The notes below the pieces were generated by a model. That model was not told where the DNA came from, searched no databases, and was given only the letters and a program-made list of their open reading frames with translations. A stretch of 64,000 bases of DNA from Pseudovirgaria hyperparasitica (lineage: Eukaryota). A program made the position numbers and the translations under genes. Positions 24,536 to 38,300 of this stretch are shown here, in pieces; positions within the stretch are counted from its first letter, which is position 1; the number at the start of each line of letters is the position of its first letter. The stretch lies in assembly GCA_010093815.1 (NCBI GenBank), contig ML996575.1; one strand, given 5' to 3'.

Positions 24536-26243
24536 ATGCCCGCGTCCTCAGTCAGCAATCCACAAAGCTCTAGGAGTGGCCAGTCGAGGATCCAGAGGCC
24601 CGTTTCTTATCATGAGGTACACTCTATACTACGATTGAGGCATATAGGGTCTAACCAGACCTCAGAAACATGCTCGACCTGATCCCCCAAACCTCAAGCC
24701 ACATCCCGATGCTCCACGTGGGGACAGATCCCCAACGCGTCTTCCAATATCATCGAAGAGCTCTTTCGGACCAAAAAATGATGCTCCTACCCAGCGACGA
24801 GTGCTGAGGCCGCCGAAGGGCTATAATGAACCTGCAAAGGCACGGACAGTCCCTTTGGCCGCAGCTGAGAACCCACCAAAGCCGACTGGAGCAGATGAGA
24901 CAAAGAAGAGCACTAGCGATGCATGTGGTTCGTCAGACATAGTTAAAACCGAGAGCGCATTAGAAGCGGAGAGTTGCACTTCTAAGGAGGGTCCCTGGGT
25001 ACAAGATGACAGTGCTAGTGTGAGTCCACCTCAAGAAGCACAGGAGCCGAAGACTTCGACAAGAACTCCTGCAGTGACGCGACAGATGTCGGTTGGACTT
25101 CAGCGATCACAGTCACTACGTAAACCAACACCCTCAGCCTCAAGTCGACCACCAGATGTTCGTACACACTCGCGCCATGCCTCAACGACAAGCACAGTAG
25201 CATCTGGAAGGTCTTCGAGAGTAACATCGTCAGAGGTGAGAGGTGGGCGACAAGATCACAACAACGATGCGTCCTCGAAAGATCGAGTGCTGAGATCTGC
25301 CTCCACCACCCAAGGAGTCAAAAGATCTGTCAGTACACGCATGAAGACGGAGCAGCCAAATTCCTCAGTGACAAGCTCTGCTCATGTCAAAGACAATAAA
25401 ACGTCATCAAGCACAACAACTGCCAAGCGCGACATATCTGGAGGCACAGCGCCCCAATTAAATCGTCCAGCATTTTCCACCATGCAGCAGCACTTCTCAC
25501 CGCGAAAGACTACCAAAGCAGCAACCTCAACATTCATCCACCCAAATGCATCTGATACCCCTGCTCCCCAGTCCACAGAAACGACGCGTCTTCAAACAGA
25601 ACTGCTCCACCTCTCCATCCTACACGAAGCCTCTCTCCTCACCAGCACCCGGTATAACGCTAGCGCACATGCTGCCCTGGAAAACAAATTCAATGCCGTG
25701 GCTCGTCAACACCAAGCCATGCGCGTCAATGAGCGCAAAATGCAAGAGCGCCTAAACCTCCTTGCTCTTAGTGAGTGGACAAGCGGCAGCACGTCTTTTG
25801 GGCTGAGCGAGAACATCCATCTGCTCAGCTCAATCCTGAAGGAATTACCGCCGCTTACCGACGCAGGCGGACGATTCCCACGACTCGTAGAGACTTTCGA
25901 GACATGGATAGCGCAGGTTGGGGATGTATGGGCGGCGCGCGATAAAGAGGGTGGCGAAGACAATCATTCAAGCAAATTTATAGATGGACTGAGCGAAGAC
26001 TGGTCTACAGAGAATGCGTCTTTGACCCGGAGACTGACAGCTTTGGCGCGGGAATCAGAGATGCTGATGCCTGCGAAGGAAGGCTCCAGCGTTGCGACGC
26101 TCGTGGTGGGCTGTAAGCGATTATTACGAGGAACTTTAGATGAACTGGTGGCCATGACGAAGATTGAGAAGGATGTCATGGCAAGGGAGAAGGCCTGGGT
26201 GCAAGAGAAGATCGAGAGCATCAATTTCGAGGAATTGGTCTGA
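24536..26243 (+). CDS. Protein with disordered Ser/Thr/Arg-rich N-terminus and C-terminal coiled-coil domain (possible augmin HAUS8-like)
   Basis: Exon 1 (24536-24616) and intron 24617-24665 join in frame to the 24801 ORF; contains RPAFSTMQQHFSP and LQTELLHLSILH blocks. Confidence 0.75.
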
Positions 26244-26604
26244 TAGTGTGCCCTAGACGCGACGCGCAACCAACTAAACCTATGTCAGGACAGACTCCGG
26301 AGCGGAATTGATGGTACACCAAATGTAGATGGGTTCATGAAAGATCATGACTATGGCTCACGATGTACGATGATATCAGCTACGTCGAAGCATTTTGCAA
26401 CGCATGGGCATGTAGAAGCATACAAGGACCGCGTATAGCGCAACATTTGCGCAATACATAATTGTTCCATGACGCTAATGAGACTTGTGCGCCCGACAAA
26501 AACTCGTCGTATTGCATTATCAAAGCTTTTGTTTATCCGCATTATCGCTTCTGCCCTAGTCAGCCCCTGTCTAGGCGCACATGTACACTACATGTCTTCA
26601 CTTA

Positions 26605-27593
26605 CTAAACACCCAGCCGCTTCGCATGCCACTCCACATGTTCGTCAGCAAAGCTCGCCACGAAAAAATGATCGTGCCCATACTCGGGCTGAAACCTCAA
26701 CTGCACCCCCTTGTCATTCCCGCTCTCCTTGGCCGCAGCCAAAAAGTTTTCCGGCAGCAACTGTCCCTCTTTATAGAACCCGTCGCCAGTACCGACATCT
26801 ATGAGTAGCTCCAAGGGGCCTCTGTGTTTTTTGACGAGTTCGGTGGCATCGTGCTCTGCCCATTTGGACTTGTTGGCTTCGCCGAAGTAGCCAGAGAAGG
26901 CTTTCTGGCCCCATTGGCAGGCGCTGGGGTTAGAGATCGGTGCGAAGGCGGAGCAGGATACGTAGGCGGTCGGGTTGCGAAGGAACTGTTCACACAAGTC
27001 AATGAGCGCCGGCCAGATTTCGCACAATTGGAGTACGTGAATGCAAGGTAAGCGAAAGGGTACAAACCAATGTCAGCGCACCATGTCCACCCATGCTGAA
27101 GCCCGTCAGACTGACTTTGCTAGAGTCTAGCTCCTTGAAGCTCGACCATAGTGCCTCCGGTAGCTCTTTTGTGACGTATGTGTACATGTTATAGCCCTTG
27201 TTCCACGGCTCTTGGGTTGCATCGATGAAGAAGCCGGCCGCAGAGCCGAAGTCATATGCATCATCTTCGCCGGGAATGTTGAGGCCGCCTGTGTGCGTCA
27301 GCCTTGATCTCTGAATCTAGAGTTGCAATGAGCTCACGAGGGCTAGTGTCGGGATACACTATGGCGATGCCCTTCTTTGCTGCCGCATGTTGTAGGAAGC
27401 CTTTCTCTGTACAGTTGTCGGGTGTGCATGTAAGACCGGAGAGCCAGAAGAGGACAGGAACTTTTTTGGAGGATGCTTGAGGCGGCAGGTACAGATTTAC
27501 ATTCATGTCGCAGCTTGTAGATTTGGCGGTATGGGTGAGCTTCAAAAGCTTGCCGCCGAACATGGCGATAGTCTTGTTGGTTGTGAACGACAT
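26605..27593 (-). CDS. S-formylglutathione hydrolase (esterase D)
   Basis: MFGG, WLSGLTCT, YPDTSPR, YDFGSAAGFFIDAT, GFSMGGHG, SAFAPISNP, WGQKAFSGY, QLLPENF and C-terminal His; three exons. Confidence 0.95.
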
Positions 27594-28008
27594 TGCGATA
27601 GTTGTAGAACGGCACAAAGGTGTGTGGAACTCAATTGGTGTGGATTATGGGCAGTCGACAGTGCCGGACATGTGGAATGTTTATAGCTACGCTGCAGCTG
27701 TGACGTTTTGCGGGTATGCGGGGCTTGAGGTGCATCAGACGAGCGTTCAACCCCACATGGTCGAATAGAGTAAAAAGTCCCGAGGCTAGTGAACTGTTTA
27801 TAGGATGCTCCATTAGGGATTTATCTATCTTCACTATTGTGAAAGCCTTTTGGTGGAATAGCTCCTATGCTACTCGAAGGCTCATCCATCTATATGAAGC
27901 AAGATGTCGCTGACCTTGTGCCCGAGTAGAAATCCAGCTTTGAGTGATTGTTTGTAACGCCGAAAAATGCTCAAACTGAAAAGGAAGGTGACCCGACCGC
28001 TTGCCAAT

Positions 28009-28640
28009 CTACAATAATTCTTCGCATGTCCAGTCCTCATACCTGGTAGACTTGTCAGCTCTGATGGCGACTTTATCCATACAGGAATACGTACCAGCCA
28101 TCTGGAAGGTATCGCCGTACGACAAGCGGAATCTTCTTCGCGTTAAGTTCCTTGATCGCTATCTGGAGGGGATCCGTCTCGCCCTCGAGATCTACCATAG
28201 GAGGTGCGTTCAAACTGCAATTCGTTTAGCCCATTACAATGTTCTGCTCGCAAAGATATTCGTACCTAATCTGAAGTGCACGCGTTCCGAGCACTCGAGC
28301 TTTCTCGTACTTGGTCATATAAGGGGTCGTTGTCCGTTTATCATTTGGTATCTTTTTGCTCCTTAAATCTAAGACGGTGTTCTTCGTTCTGGCTGTAGCG
28401 GCTGCACTTTGATCCCCGCCTACGACAATATTCTGGTCGCCATTCTGCTGGCGCAGTCTCTCAAGCTCGTGCTCTCCCTCGCCGTCTTCTTCGTAGTAGT
28501 CCTGGGGCTCTTCGGGTTCCTCGTCAAGATAGTCCTCGGCAGGCTCGCTATATACAGATAGTAGTTAGAGATGCGTCAATGCGATGTGCTCCTGGCGCGA
28601 CTCACTTGACCTCTGGTTCGTCTCCACCGAAGTCAGACAT
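28009..28640 (-). CDS. RPB6: DNA-directed RNA polymerases I/II/III subunit RPABC2 (Rpb6)
   Basis: Not in the ORF track. Four exons translate to an acidic N-terminus, then [48 protein letters not shown]...[24 protein letters not shown]. Confidence 0.96.
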
Positions 28641-28965
28641 GTTGCAAAAAGTGTTTGATCGCGTGTGTGGTTACAAGGACTGTAAGACTCGCAGATCTTA
28701 AGTCGGACACGGAAGCGGAAAGTCGAATCTGGTCACTATTCGCAATGCGCGTATTCTTTTGCTAATCACAAGCTGTAACTGAGCTAGGCTCTTTTTCCAC
28801 CCGCGCTAGTTTCTCCGCGCCGACGAAATCTTGGCGCACCCGCCCAAAATCTTAAATCGATATGATATTATTGTAACTTGGCTGATATCGATACCAACCC
28901 TGCACTCGTGCATAGGACTCCTGCTCGTGCGGACCATTGCGTGGCACTGGTCGCAGCATGTTGTA
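28641..28965. promoter_or_regulatory. Bidirectional promoter between RPB6 and TFIIIA
   Basis: Only 325 bp separate the two divergent start codons. Confidence 0.7.
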
Positions 28966-30680
28966 ATGGCTACTAGTACGGCGTTGAAACGACCCGCTGA
29001 GGTCGACATTGGCATTTTGTCCAAGAAGCCTCGATTCTGTGGATGTAGGTTCGCCGCATATGACACGTCCCTCTGGGAGCCGCTTGACTGACATCTACCG
29101 AAACCACAGTTCAGCCTGATTCAGAGAACAACTCTGTATACTCACCCGGAAAGTCAACCCCTGGGTCACCAGATGATACCCATTCCGACGGCACCGACAT
29201 TACCCATCCTTCACCCAAAGGAGAGGCTCGGCGACTCAATGCATACGTCTGCCCATTCGACGGCTGTGGAAAGACCTACAATAGGCCTTGCCGGCTAGAA
29301 GATCACATTCGATCACATACGCAAGAGAGACCGTACGTGTGTACGTACGAGGGCTGTGACAAGTCGTTCCTCCGCGACACTCACCTCAACCGACATATCA
29401 AGTCCGCACACACCAACGAGCGCAAATACGCCTGCGAGCATGAAGGTTGCGGTAAAAGCTTCCTCACTAATCAGCGTCTCAAAGCCCACCAGCAAGTGCA
29501 CTCCAACGCCGAGCGATTTCGCTGCACCGACTTCCCACCCTGCAACCAGACCTTCCGCAAACACAAGACCCTTCAAGCGCATATCGTCTCGGCGCACTTT
29601 CACAAGAAGCCTTTCCAATGTGCTTATGTTGACGAGACTACCGGCCGTGCTTGCACTCATGCCTACGAAACGCGCCAGAAACTTGAGAACCATACGAACC
29701 GCGTGCACGGCGGGGAGCGCTTTTTTTGCACAATCTGTGGGAACGATGAGCCCGAAGAAATTATGTACATGGACGACGGCTTGTCGATCTGTACGTCTGC
29801 CATGACATCTGGCGCAGGTTTCAAGACCTACAACGCTCTTCAGACACACATCAAGGAAGTCCATCCGCCAACCTGCGACCCATGCGGGCTGGCCTTCGGC
29901 ACACACCGCGAGCTGCGGCGACATATCGAGCTATCACACCCTTCCACTCTCCCTCTATCGCAGCAGAATCGCTCAAATGTCTGCGCCGAGTGTGGGAAGT
30001 CATTCACAAAGCCCGGGAACCTCAAAGTGCATATCCAGGTCGTACATCGCAAAGACCGCCGCTTCGCCTGCCTCACTTTTGACTTCGTTGACTCAAAACA
30101 CGCGGAACTCGTAGCCTGGACTAAAGAGAATGCGTGTGATGCTGCGTTCACGACCAAACAACAACTCGAAACACACGTGCGCACCGAACACCTGGGGATG
30201 GAGAGCGCATGGCACGCAAAGCGGCGCGCGAAGTTGAAAAGCTCGAACGTTGAAGTACGCAAAGCCGCGGGCACATATCACGGCTCAAGCACGAAAAGAT
30301 TACCGCTCATGACGGAGCTGACGGGCGTGGGCTACGAAGACTATCGGCCGATCGCATGTCTGCGGAGTGGTTGCGATACACGCTTCTACCGGGACTACGA
30401 CCTACAAGTCCATTGCTCAACGGCACATGGCATGGCCGATATCGAGATTGCGGAAGCTGTGCGTGAGAGGGAGGCACTCAGCGGCGGCCAGTTCTGGCTC
30501 GGAGGCGTGGATCCGAATGAGGCGGACGAAGACGACAGATTATGGAATGCTGGTGGAGGCTTTGCCGACTTCGATGCTGATGGCACGATACCCCAGGGAC
30601 CACCACTCGCAAATAGCGACGGCGAGGACTACAATATGGCGGACGCAGTGATGCAGTTCCTGCACAGCAGCGACCCTTGA
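28966..30680 (+). CDS. PZF1: Transcription factor IIIA (C2H2 multi-zinc-finger; Pzf1/Sfc2-like)
   Basis: Intron 29045-29109. About 10 C2H2 fingers, starting CPFDGCGKTYNRPCRLEDHIRSHTQERPY and CTYEGCDKSFLRDTHLNRH; head-to-head with RPB6. Confidence 0.88.
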
Positions 30681-33600
30681 TCTCCACCACCCACGTATCT
30701 CTCCACAAGAGAACCGGTGACGGACTACATGAACATTCTCGATTCCAGCAGCCACGACGAATACTGTATACAATCTATTAGACCATGATACCCATACCCT
30801 CCACCACCCCCAAAAGCGCTGCATCTCCATTTTAGTAAGCATATAACCATACCACATCTCCAAATACCATACTCATCATGCTCTGTTCTGCTCTGCTCCC
30901 GCCGCGCTGGCCTCTCCGTCCCACACCTCCACTCCCCCCTGCAACCCACGCCACACATCTCCGGCATTCTCCGCCCCTATCTTCCCTGTACCGCTCCGCG
31001 CGCGCGCCCCCCAATACCGCCGATCCTTACAGTCACGCGATGCCATGATATCTAATAGACTGTGTGAATTGGGTATGTAGGCATGTATTTGTGTGCCTTG
31101 ACGCCGCACTACGCTGCTGCTGTTGTGCGGCGTAGGAGGAATGGGTGGGTAGGTGGGGTGGTGTCATGCTGGGATGGAATGTGATGGGAGGACTGGAAAC
31201 GAGTGTGTAGTGTGTAGTGCTGGATGAATGGATGGGTGTGGTTAATACGTGTTTATGTGCTTGTGTTGGGAATTCATGTGGGAGGGAAGGTATAGCCGCC
31301 ATAAAGAACGAGGAGAATAGAATGCAGAATCATATTAAAGCGGAGTTTGTTCGGATATAATATGATATAATAGGTGAGGTGTTGTGGAGGCAATAGACTC
31401 TTTACGTGGTTCGTGGTATCCCGAGTTACAGGCATGGGCGGAGTAGTAGGTCATCATAGGTCTAATTATGCAAGTACGTCTGGTCTGGATAGAAGCAAGC
31501 GACTTCGGCCGTTCGTTCGCTGGAATATCCAACCAGGTGCGATCAGATGAAAATGAAAGTGGAATAAGAATTCGAAATTGTGTGATATTAGTACTAATAA
31601 TGCACTTCAAAAATGGTCCAGTGAGATCAATTCTTAGTAATTAGCCTGATTTTCGGACATGTGCTAGCGATAGGGTGCGAGTTGTGTCAAAATCGCCGTC
31701 TTTGAGATAGCCTATGATTATTTAGGTGATCTCGAGCGTTGTGGAAAAGTCTCTTTTTTTTCTTGGTTAAAATGAATGATGTTGTAGGGCTGCTTGGGTT
31801 TGCTGGGATTGATTGTTAGCGCCGGAAATTATTGTTTCGCTAAAAGGGGAAGGGTTGCTGGTTTATTTATATACGTCTTGATGGGGAAAGTGCTGTGTTG
31901 CTTTTGTGGTTGATAAGGTGGATGAGATGAGATGAGATTTTATCGTTGTTACAGCTAAAATGGAGTGGTGTTTGTGTGTCGGCGTCGAATGCTTTCATAA
32001 GATTTACCACTGCTGATCATTCGACTGATCAAACTCGTGTGAGTTTGTGAACAACTTACTACACAACCTAGGTCATTAGAATGAAGTCGACAAGTTTGTA
32101 ATGCGTCTACGGCTGAAGTCCCTATGTCCAAAAATATGGATGCTTGCTCGCATGGAAATGACCGACATATCTAGCTGTGTGTCAAAAGGATGATGACGTG
32201 CAGCGTCGACATGCTATCTAAGTCTCGCTACCAGAATTTGTTCAGAAGGACAATGTGAAATGGCGTTTGTGAGGCTGGACGATGTGATGGTCTGAGGGAT
32301 CGCTGGGTCAAAGACATGATCCGATGGTGTTATATTTGACAAGAGCTCTTCGGAGAAGATTGTCGGTCTTGGTACTAATACATGGATGCAGCTCCAGCTG
32401 GATTGATGCGACGGATGGTCGTCGAGAGGTTTTGTCCGTCTTGAATGGCCAGCATTTCTCTGCAGGCTCCGCGGATCCATCGTTCGCAATGCCGAAGTAG
32501 CTACGCTAAACTTGCAAACAAACGTTAAACGAGAACGACGACGACAGCAGGGGATCCAAGCTTCGGCGTCGAAAGTTGATACAAGCAGATGCTTGTTGAT
32601 GACGGACTACCTAACGGCTCAAACCAGCTCTTCACGAGACAACGGGCGCTAGTGTATCGTCTGGAATGCTAATTAATATAAGCACAGATGATTATTGCTC
32701 TGTGGTGCTATTTCGAGGATGACGGCGATAGAATGACCAAGAGTTGACGTGTCCGGACGGAGATTGACGTGTAGCCCACCGCCCAGGACGGAGGATGAAA
32801 AGGCATAGATCAGCCCGTGGCTACGAGTCAAACTCAATTGTTCTAGAAGGACACTGCCGCCCAGGAAGGCAAGTCGTGGTTCCAAGGCAGTGGTAGCAGC
32901 ATGCGCACGACACGTAACTTCAATGCGCTGCTGTCAAATCAGTAGAGACAAGATTGCATTATAATCAAGTTGTTTCCGGACGATGCGTTTGTAGACGCGC
33001 GTCGACGAACAACAGCAACCATGCGCTGCAACAAGAATTATTATAGAGATGCTTGCTAAAAGCGCAGAGACGAGTGCTGTGCATAGTACATCACAAATGA
33101 GGCACGCAATAGATTAAAGACCAATGGCATGATGATCACAAGATCAGCTGGAGCACAATGAAGGTCAGGGATGCTGAGCATGACAGCCGTCCCGCTCACT
33201 GTATTCTAATAGATACTGATTAGTAATTAGCCAGACCTGCCAAGTACTTTAGGTATGAATAGAACCTGAGAACCTAGCTAAGGTAGATTTGTTCCGGTCA
33301 GGAGGTATTTATGCCTCTAAGGTTATAGTTATACTTAACAGTCTTGGAAGAATGAAAGTTATCTATTGTTTCGGCCACGAGTATAACAGACAAGCAGACA
33401 GCCCCTAGTAGGCCTAAACCTTGTTGGACCCTGTTCTAATAGTTGATGTGCTTCGCGTTGCGCAAATACCCAGACCAGATATTAGAATTTATTTAGCAGC
33501 TAATTAGGAGTATTTGTTTTCTTAATGAAACATAGCACCTAGCTACGATATCTTTCTTGCCCTTCAGATGACCGAAACAAGCCCTATCGCGCAGAGAGTT

Positions 33601-35312
33601 GCAGTCCTTTTCCTTGATAGTGGGTTTCAGTTGGCCTCGATTAGGTGCACCAAGCCAGGGTCCAAAGGGGTCAATCAACGGCCATGATATGAGGCAAGCC
33701 GGCACTGACTCCCATTGGTGAGCATGGAGAGGCCATCCACACCCAACCTTCGCCCACCGATCACAAGAATGGAAATATGATTAATTAGCGGCATGGATGA
33801 GGGGTGGAGGGCGTGGAGGACGACAAGACTTGAAGGGGACTGGAGTCTGGCGCACACCAACAAAGCGGACTGCAGGGAGGCAGCACGCGCAGGCCAAGCC
33901 GGGTTTAGAAGCGCAGTCGAAGGGCCGTAGAAGTTCAGGAGCCGTTTGGACGGTCCACTGTCTCCAACGGGCCATGCTTAGAACGACCACAGAATTGCTT
34001 TGAGGCGGCGAACGCCATCCATCACAATCGACTGGACAGCGTCAGCGGCGGTGCAGATAAACAAAGAGCGCTATGTTTGTGGAGAGGAGGCTGATGCAGT
34101 GCAAGTCGGACTTGACCAACGAATGTGAGCCGTCGGGCTGAGCTGGACAAGGCAAGTCGTCAAGAAGATCTGGCGCCATGTCCATATAACAGCCTTAGCA
34201 GTATCAGCATGCAGGCCGTGACTATACTAGAACTGGGTCGTGAAGCAACAAAAACAACCTCCTTTCTCGTTGATATCGCCGGCGGGACAACGGAGGTGAG
34301 AAAGCGGGCGGCTGGCTGGCTGGCTGGGCGGGCTGCTGCTGCTATATTGTTTGCTGGGCTGCTGGGCTACCCTCCTACTGCTGGCCTTCCCTACTACTGG
34401 GCTGCCCTAATTATTACTTGATAATACTGGGCTCCTCCTTAGGGTAAAACTGCTGCTACACTGCTACAGTACTGCTGCTGTTGCCAACGGGTGTGGGTGG
34501 GGAGCCTCGAAACGCGCAGCCACTCACGCCTCCCGAGCTTTGCAATTCTCCACCGTGCTGTAACTTAACTCAACTTCTTCCACGCTTCATATCCTCGCTC
34601 TCTGCTCGCGACCGTGACTGTGCGCAATTCACACTCAGATGCCGTCTTCGCTCACCCTGGTCTGCTCTTGCGACCCCTTCGCATGAGCCCTCGTGAGCCA
34701 TCCTTGACCGGCACTACCATCTGCCATCTACCATCTCCTACGCTCCTCCTAATACCACCCACTCACGCACACACACACACACATACACACGTACACAACC
34801 TCCCATGCACAGTCTCGGGGCAAAAGAGTTTCTCCAGATTCACACATCGCGTCTGGATTGTCATCGTCGTCGGGTATACTGGACACTCATTGCTGCTACT
34901 GCTTACTGGGACCATTGTCGCCTATGACAACAGCGAAATTTCAGTTACAGACTCTCGATCCGACCACGATACCCGTTGTCGAATCGCACCTACTCACTCA
35001 TACACACCTCTAAAGCGACTTCTTCCGACCGACGTCTTGTCCTTCCACGTTAATACCTATCGAGCCAGATATCCTCTTTGTTGTCGCCGCCCAGTCTCAC
35101 TTCCTATCCTTCTCACCACGATTCAACACAAGCAAGCAAATCCTATCACCAAACTGACTCCCGTGCGCAACATTGCGTTCACGCAAGCCTTATTCTTCTA
35201 TACACAGTCCTGCTATTTTGACTAGCTACTGGCTCGCCTCCCGTACCCTTGGGGGGGCATTTCTTCCCGGCCGGTTTCAGCAGAGCCTGGCTCAAACTGA
35301 CGGCACAACAAT

Positions 35313-38300
35313 ATGGACCATGGCGCGTGTAATGTCATATACCTGGATAAGAGAGCAGTTGATGAGCACGTTCGTCGCAATACGCTGTCAGAGTCGTGGG
35401 CTGTACGAAACAATTCCACGCCTGGTCCTGGCAATGATTCACCGGGATACTTCCATTCTGTTCGGCCCAAGAATCCTACAGAAGTTCTCTCCAATATTGA
35501 GCACATCCTCTCTGTCTTCAATGAAGGTTAGCTAATAAAGATATGCACTGCTTCACTTGCTAATTAGTGGCACCAGTTCATGTATGCAATACAGGCGCCT
35601 CATGTCTGACAAGACTATCAGACTTGAATGAGAATCTCGCGGACTTGGTACCTACAATACTACTGATTGACATTCCTCTCAACGAAGAGCGCCGACTCAA
35701 ACGCCTGTCGCGGGAACCTAGAACACCATCTCCGAACTCAATGCGACGTCCTCTTCCTGACAATTGCGAACCAGACGATCTATACGGCATGCACCTTCTC
35801 CAACACGTCGCCTCCGAGATTCAACAGAGATCATTGTCCAGGATGGTTCTCCCCATCGCGATGCTCAGTGGTGTGGAGGAGACCGAGCGACCTGGTGCTC
35901 CTGCTAGAACCTCCTCTGCCTCACAGCTCCTGAATGAGGGCACCCGTTCTCTACGTTACGTAGACGCAGGTGCTGTAGACGTCTACACAAGCCCACTCAC
36001 CAAAGGACAAGTTCACAGCCTAGCTGTTCATGCTTACAGGACCCGCAAAGAAGCATCCAAAGAAGACACGAATTTTCTCGCCGCTCGTCGGAATAGGAAG
36101 GTGTCATGGGTCGGCGTGGACGACACAAAACCCTACGCGTATCTCAGGGAGGTCATGGTGTCTGGCTTGATGGGTGGTATCTGCAATCCTGATACCATTG
36201 GCGATAATATTGACCCCAAGTAAGTTTACCCAACATATCTCGTGATCTGCCGCTAATGTTGAATTAAGTGATATCGAAGTCCAGCCTGAGAGAATAGGCG
36301 TAATAGCAAAGATGATCGGAACTTGGGAATTCTCGGCACATGATTTCACGGATGATGAATTGCTCTATGGTGCTCTGCTGATATTGAAACATGCTCTTGG
36401 CATGCCGGAGCTGGAGCAATGGCGAATGGACACGGGTTTGTAACTCGAACCAGATCAACATGATTCACCTACTGACAGTCCACAGACGAATTGACAATTC
36501 TTCTCCTCGCCAGTCGTACGGCGTACAATGAGTTTGTACTTTACCACAATTTTCGACATGTGGTCGATGTCTTGCAGGCTCTTTTCTTCTTCCTAGTGCA
36601 GATAGGAACCCTGCCACCCTATCCGGCTGGCTCGTCATCACAACGAAAATCTCCGCCGTCGGCGCTTGCAGCACTGCTTAAACCGTTTGATGCTTTGACT
36701 CTCTTAGTGTCTGCAGTAGGACATGATGTCGGACACCCTGGTGTAAACAACGCCTTCCTTGTCGCGCTCAATTCGCCCCTGGCTCAGCTGTACAATGATC
36801 GATCAGTCCTTGAATCCTTTCACTGTGCTGCATACTCCCAAATACTCAGACGCTACTGGCCTGGCGCGTTCTCGGATACGGGTATGCGAAAGCTGATGAT
36901 CAATAGTATTCTCGCTACAGATATGGGACTGCATTTCAAGTACATGGGCGATTTGGGAAATTTGCAAAGCCAACTTGCTCACAATAACAATACATTGGAT
37001 GGGTGGAGTCCGAAAGTTCTCGAAGAATACAAGGAGCTGCTCTGCGGTCTCCTCATAAAATGCGCAGATATTAGCAACGTGGTTTGTCACCTATGTTCCT
37101 GAATTAGTCTTGCGAGTCGCTGATCCTTGGTACAGGCACGCAAATTTGACACTGCAGCGAACTGGGCTCGCATTCTTACAGACGAATTCAGCAACCAGGG
37201 AGACATGGAACAAGAATTGGAAATGCCAACTTGTCTCTTTGGCGGACCCCCAGTCCTAGATTCTGTGATCAAGATGGGCGAGTCCCAAATTGGCTTCATG
37301 AACATTTTTGCGCGACCCCTGTTCGAAGCAGTCTCAGATGTTGTACCGGCCATGCGGTTCAGCCTTGATGAAATCTTAACCAACAAGTCAATCTGGGAGC
37401 GCAAGATTGAGCTGGAAAGAGAGAATCAAACCAAGCTCGCTGCCACTGGCATGCTTATCCCTAGGCCCAGTTACGACACCGCGCCAAGTCCATTCTCAGG
37501 TAGCTGAATGCAATTGAAAGTGTAACATAGAACTCCTGCTTACGTTGATTCCAGAGATCCCAAACGTGGGAGACAGTAAAAAGCATCATCATCCTGAGCC
37601 TAGTACCCCAACACGATCATCGGTAGTGAATCCTACCTTTCAGCTGAATGCAGCTGCCGCGTCTTCAAGACGCTCGTCCCTCGGTGTTATCTCTCTTTCT
37701 GAGAAGGGGTCTCGTCGCTCGTCGAAGCAATTTCAGTCTTCAGATAACGCATCAAGGCGAGGTAGTGCTGATGCAAGTATCACCGCTATCCTTATTACAC
37801 AGCCATCGCCAGAAAAACCCAAAAATTCTGGACATCAGGACGTGCATGCAAGTTCTCCTGCTAAGAAAAGAGGATCTTCAAAGCCAGCTCCGAGAAAAGC
37901 CAAACCAGGCGAAGATGGTGAGATTTTTAGACCTGTGTCGGCGCCCGCTCCCACGAACACTAAAGCAGCACCATCGACCAATGACTTGGCAAGCATGCCT
38001 TCCACAGGTGGCACTAGAGCTCAACACGGAAGTCACACGAATCAAATCCCAACGCTTAGCGTGTCGGACACAGACCTGTCGCAAAGTGCGAATGGAAGCT
38101 TGCACCCCAGTTCTCCTCAGCATTGGGATGGCGTAAGTAGTCCAAGCCGAGGGAGTGGCTCGTGGTCAGGCGAACGCGTAGAGAGAGCTTGGAGTGGAAC
38201 GCATAATATGCGATCTACCACTGGCGGCCACACATGGAAGTCGGGCGGTTGGCGGAGTGGTCAAACAAAACCTGGGAGCGTGAAAACGCGTCAAGAGGTT

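Noticed and set aside
32214..32885. Minus-strand ORFs in the long intergenic region
   Set aside because: No domain signal or convincing exon structure.
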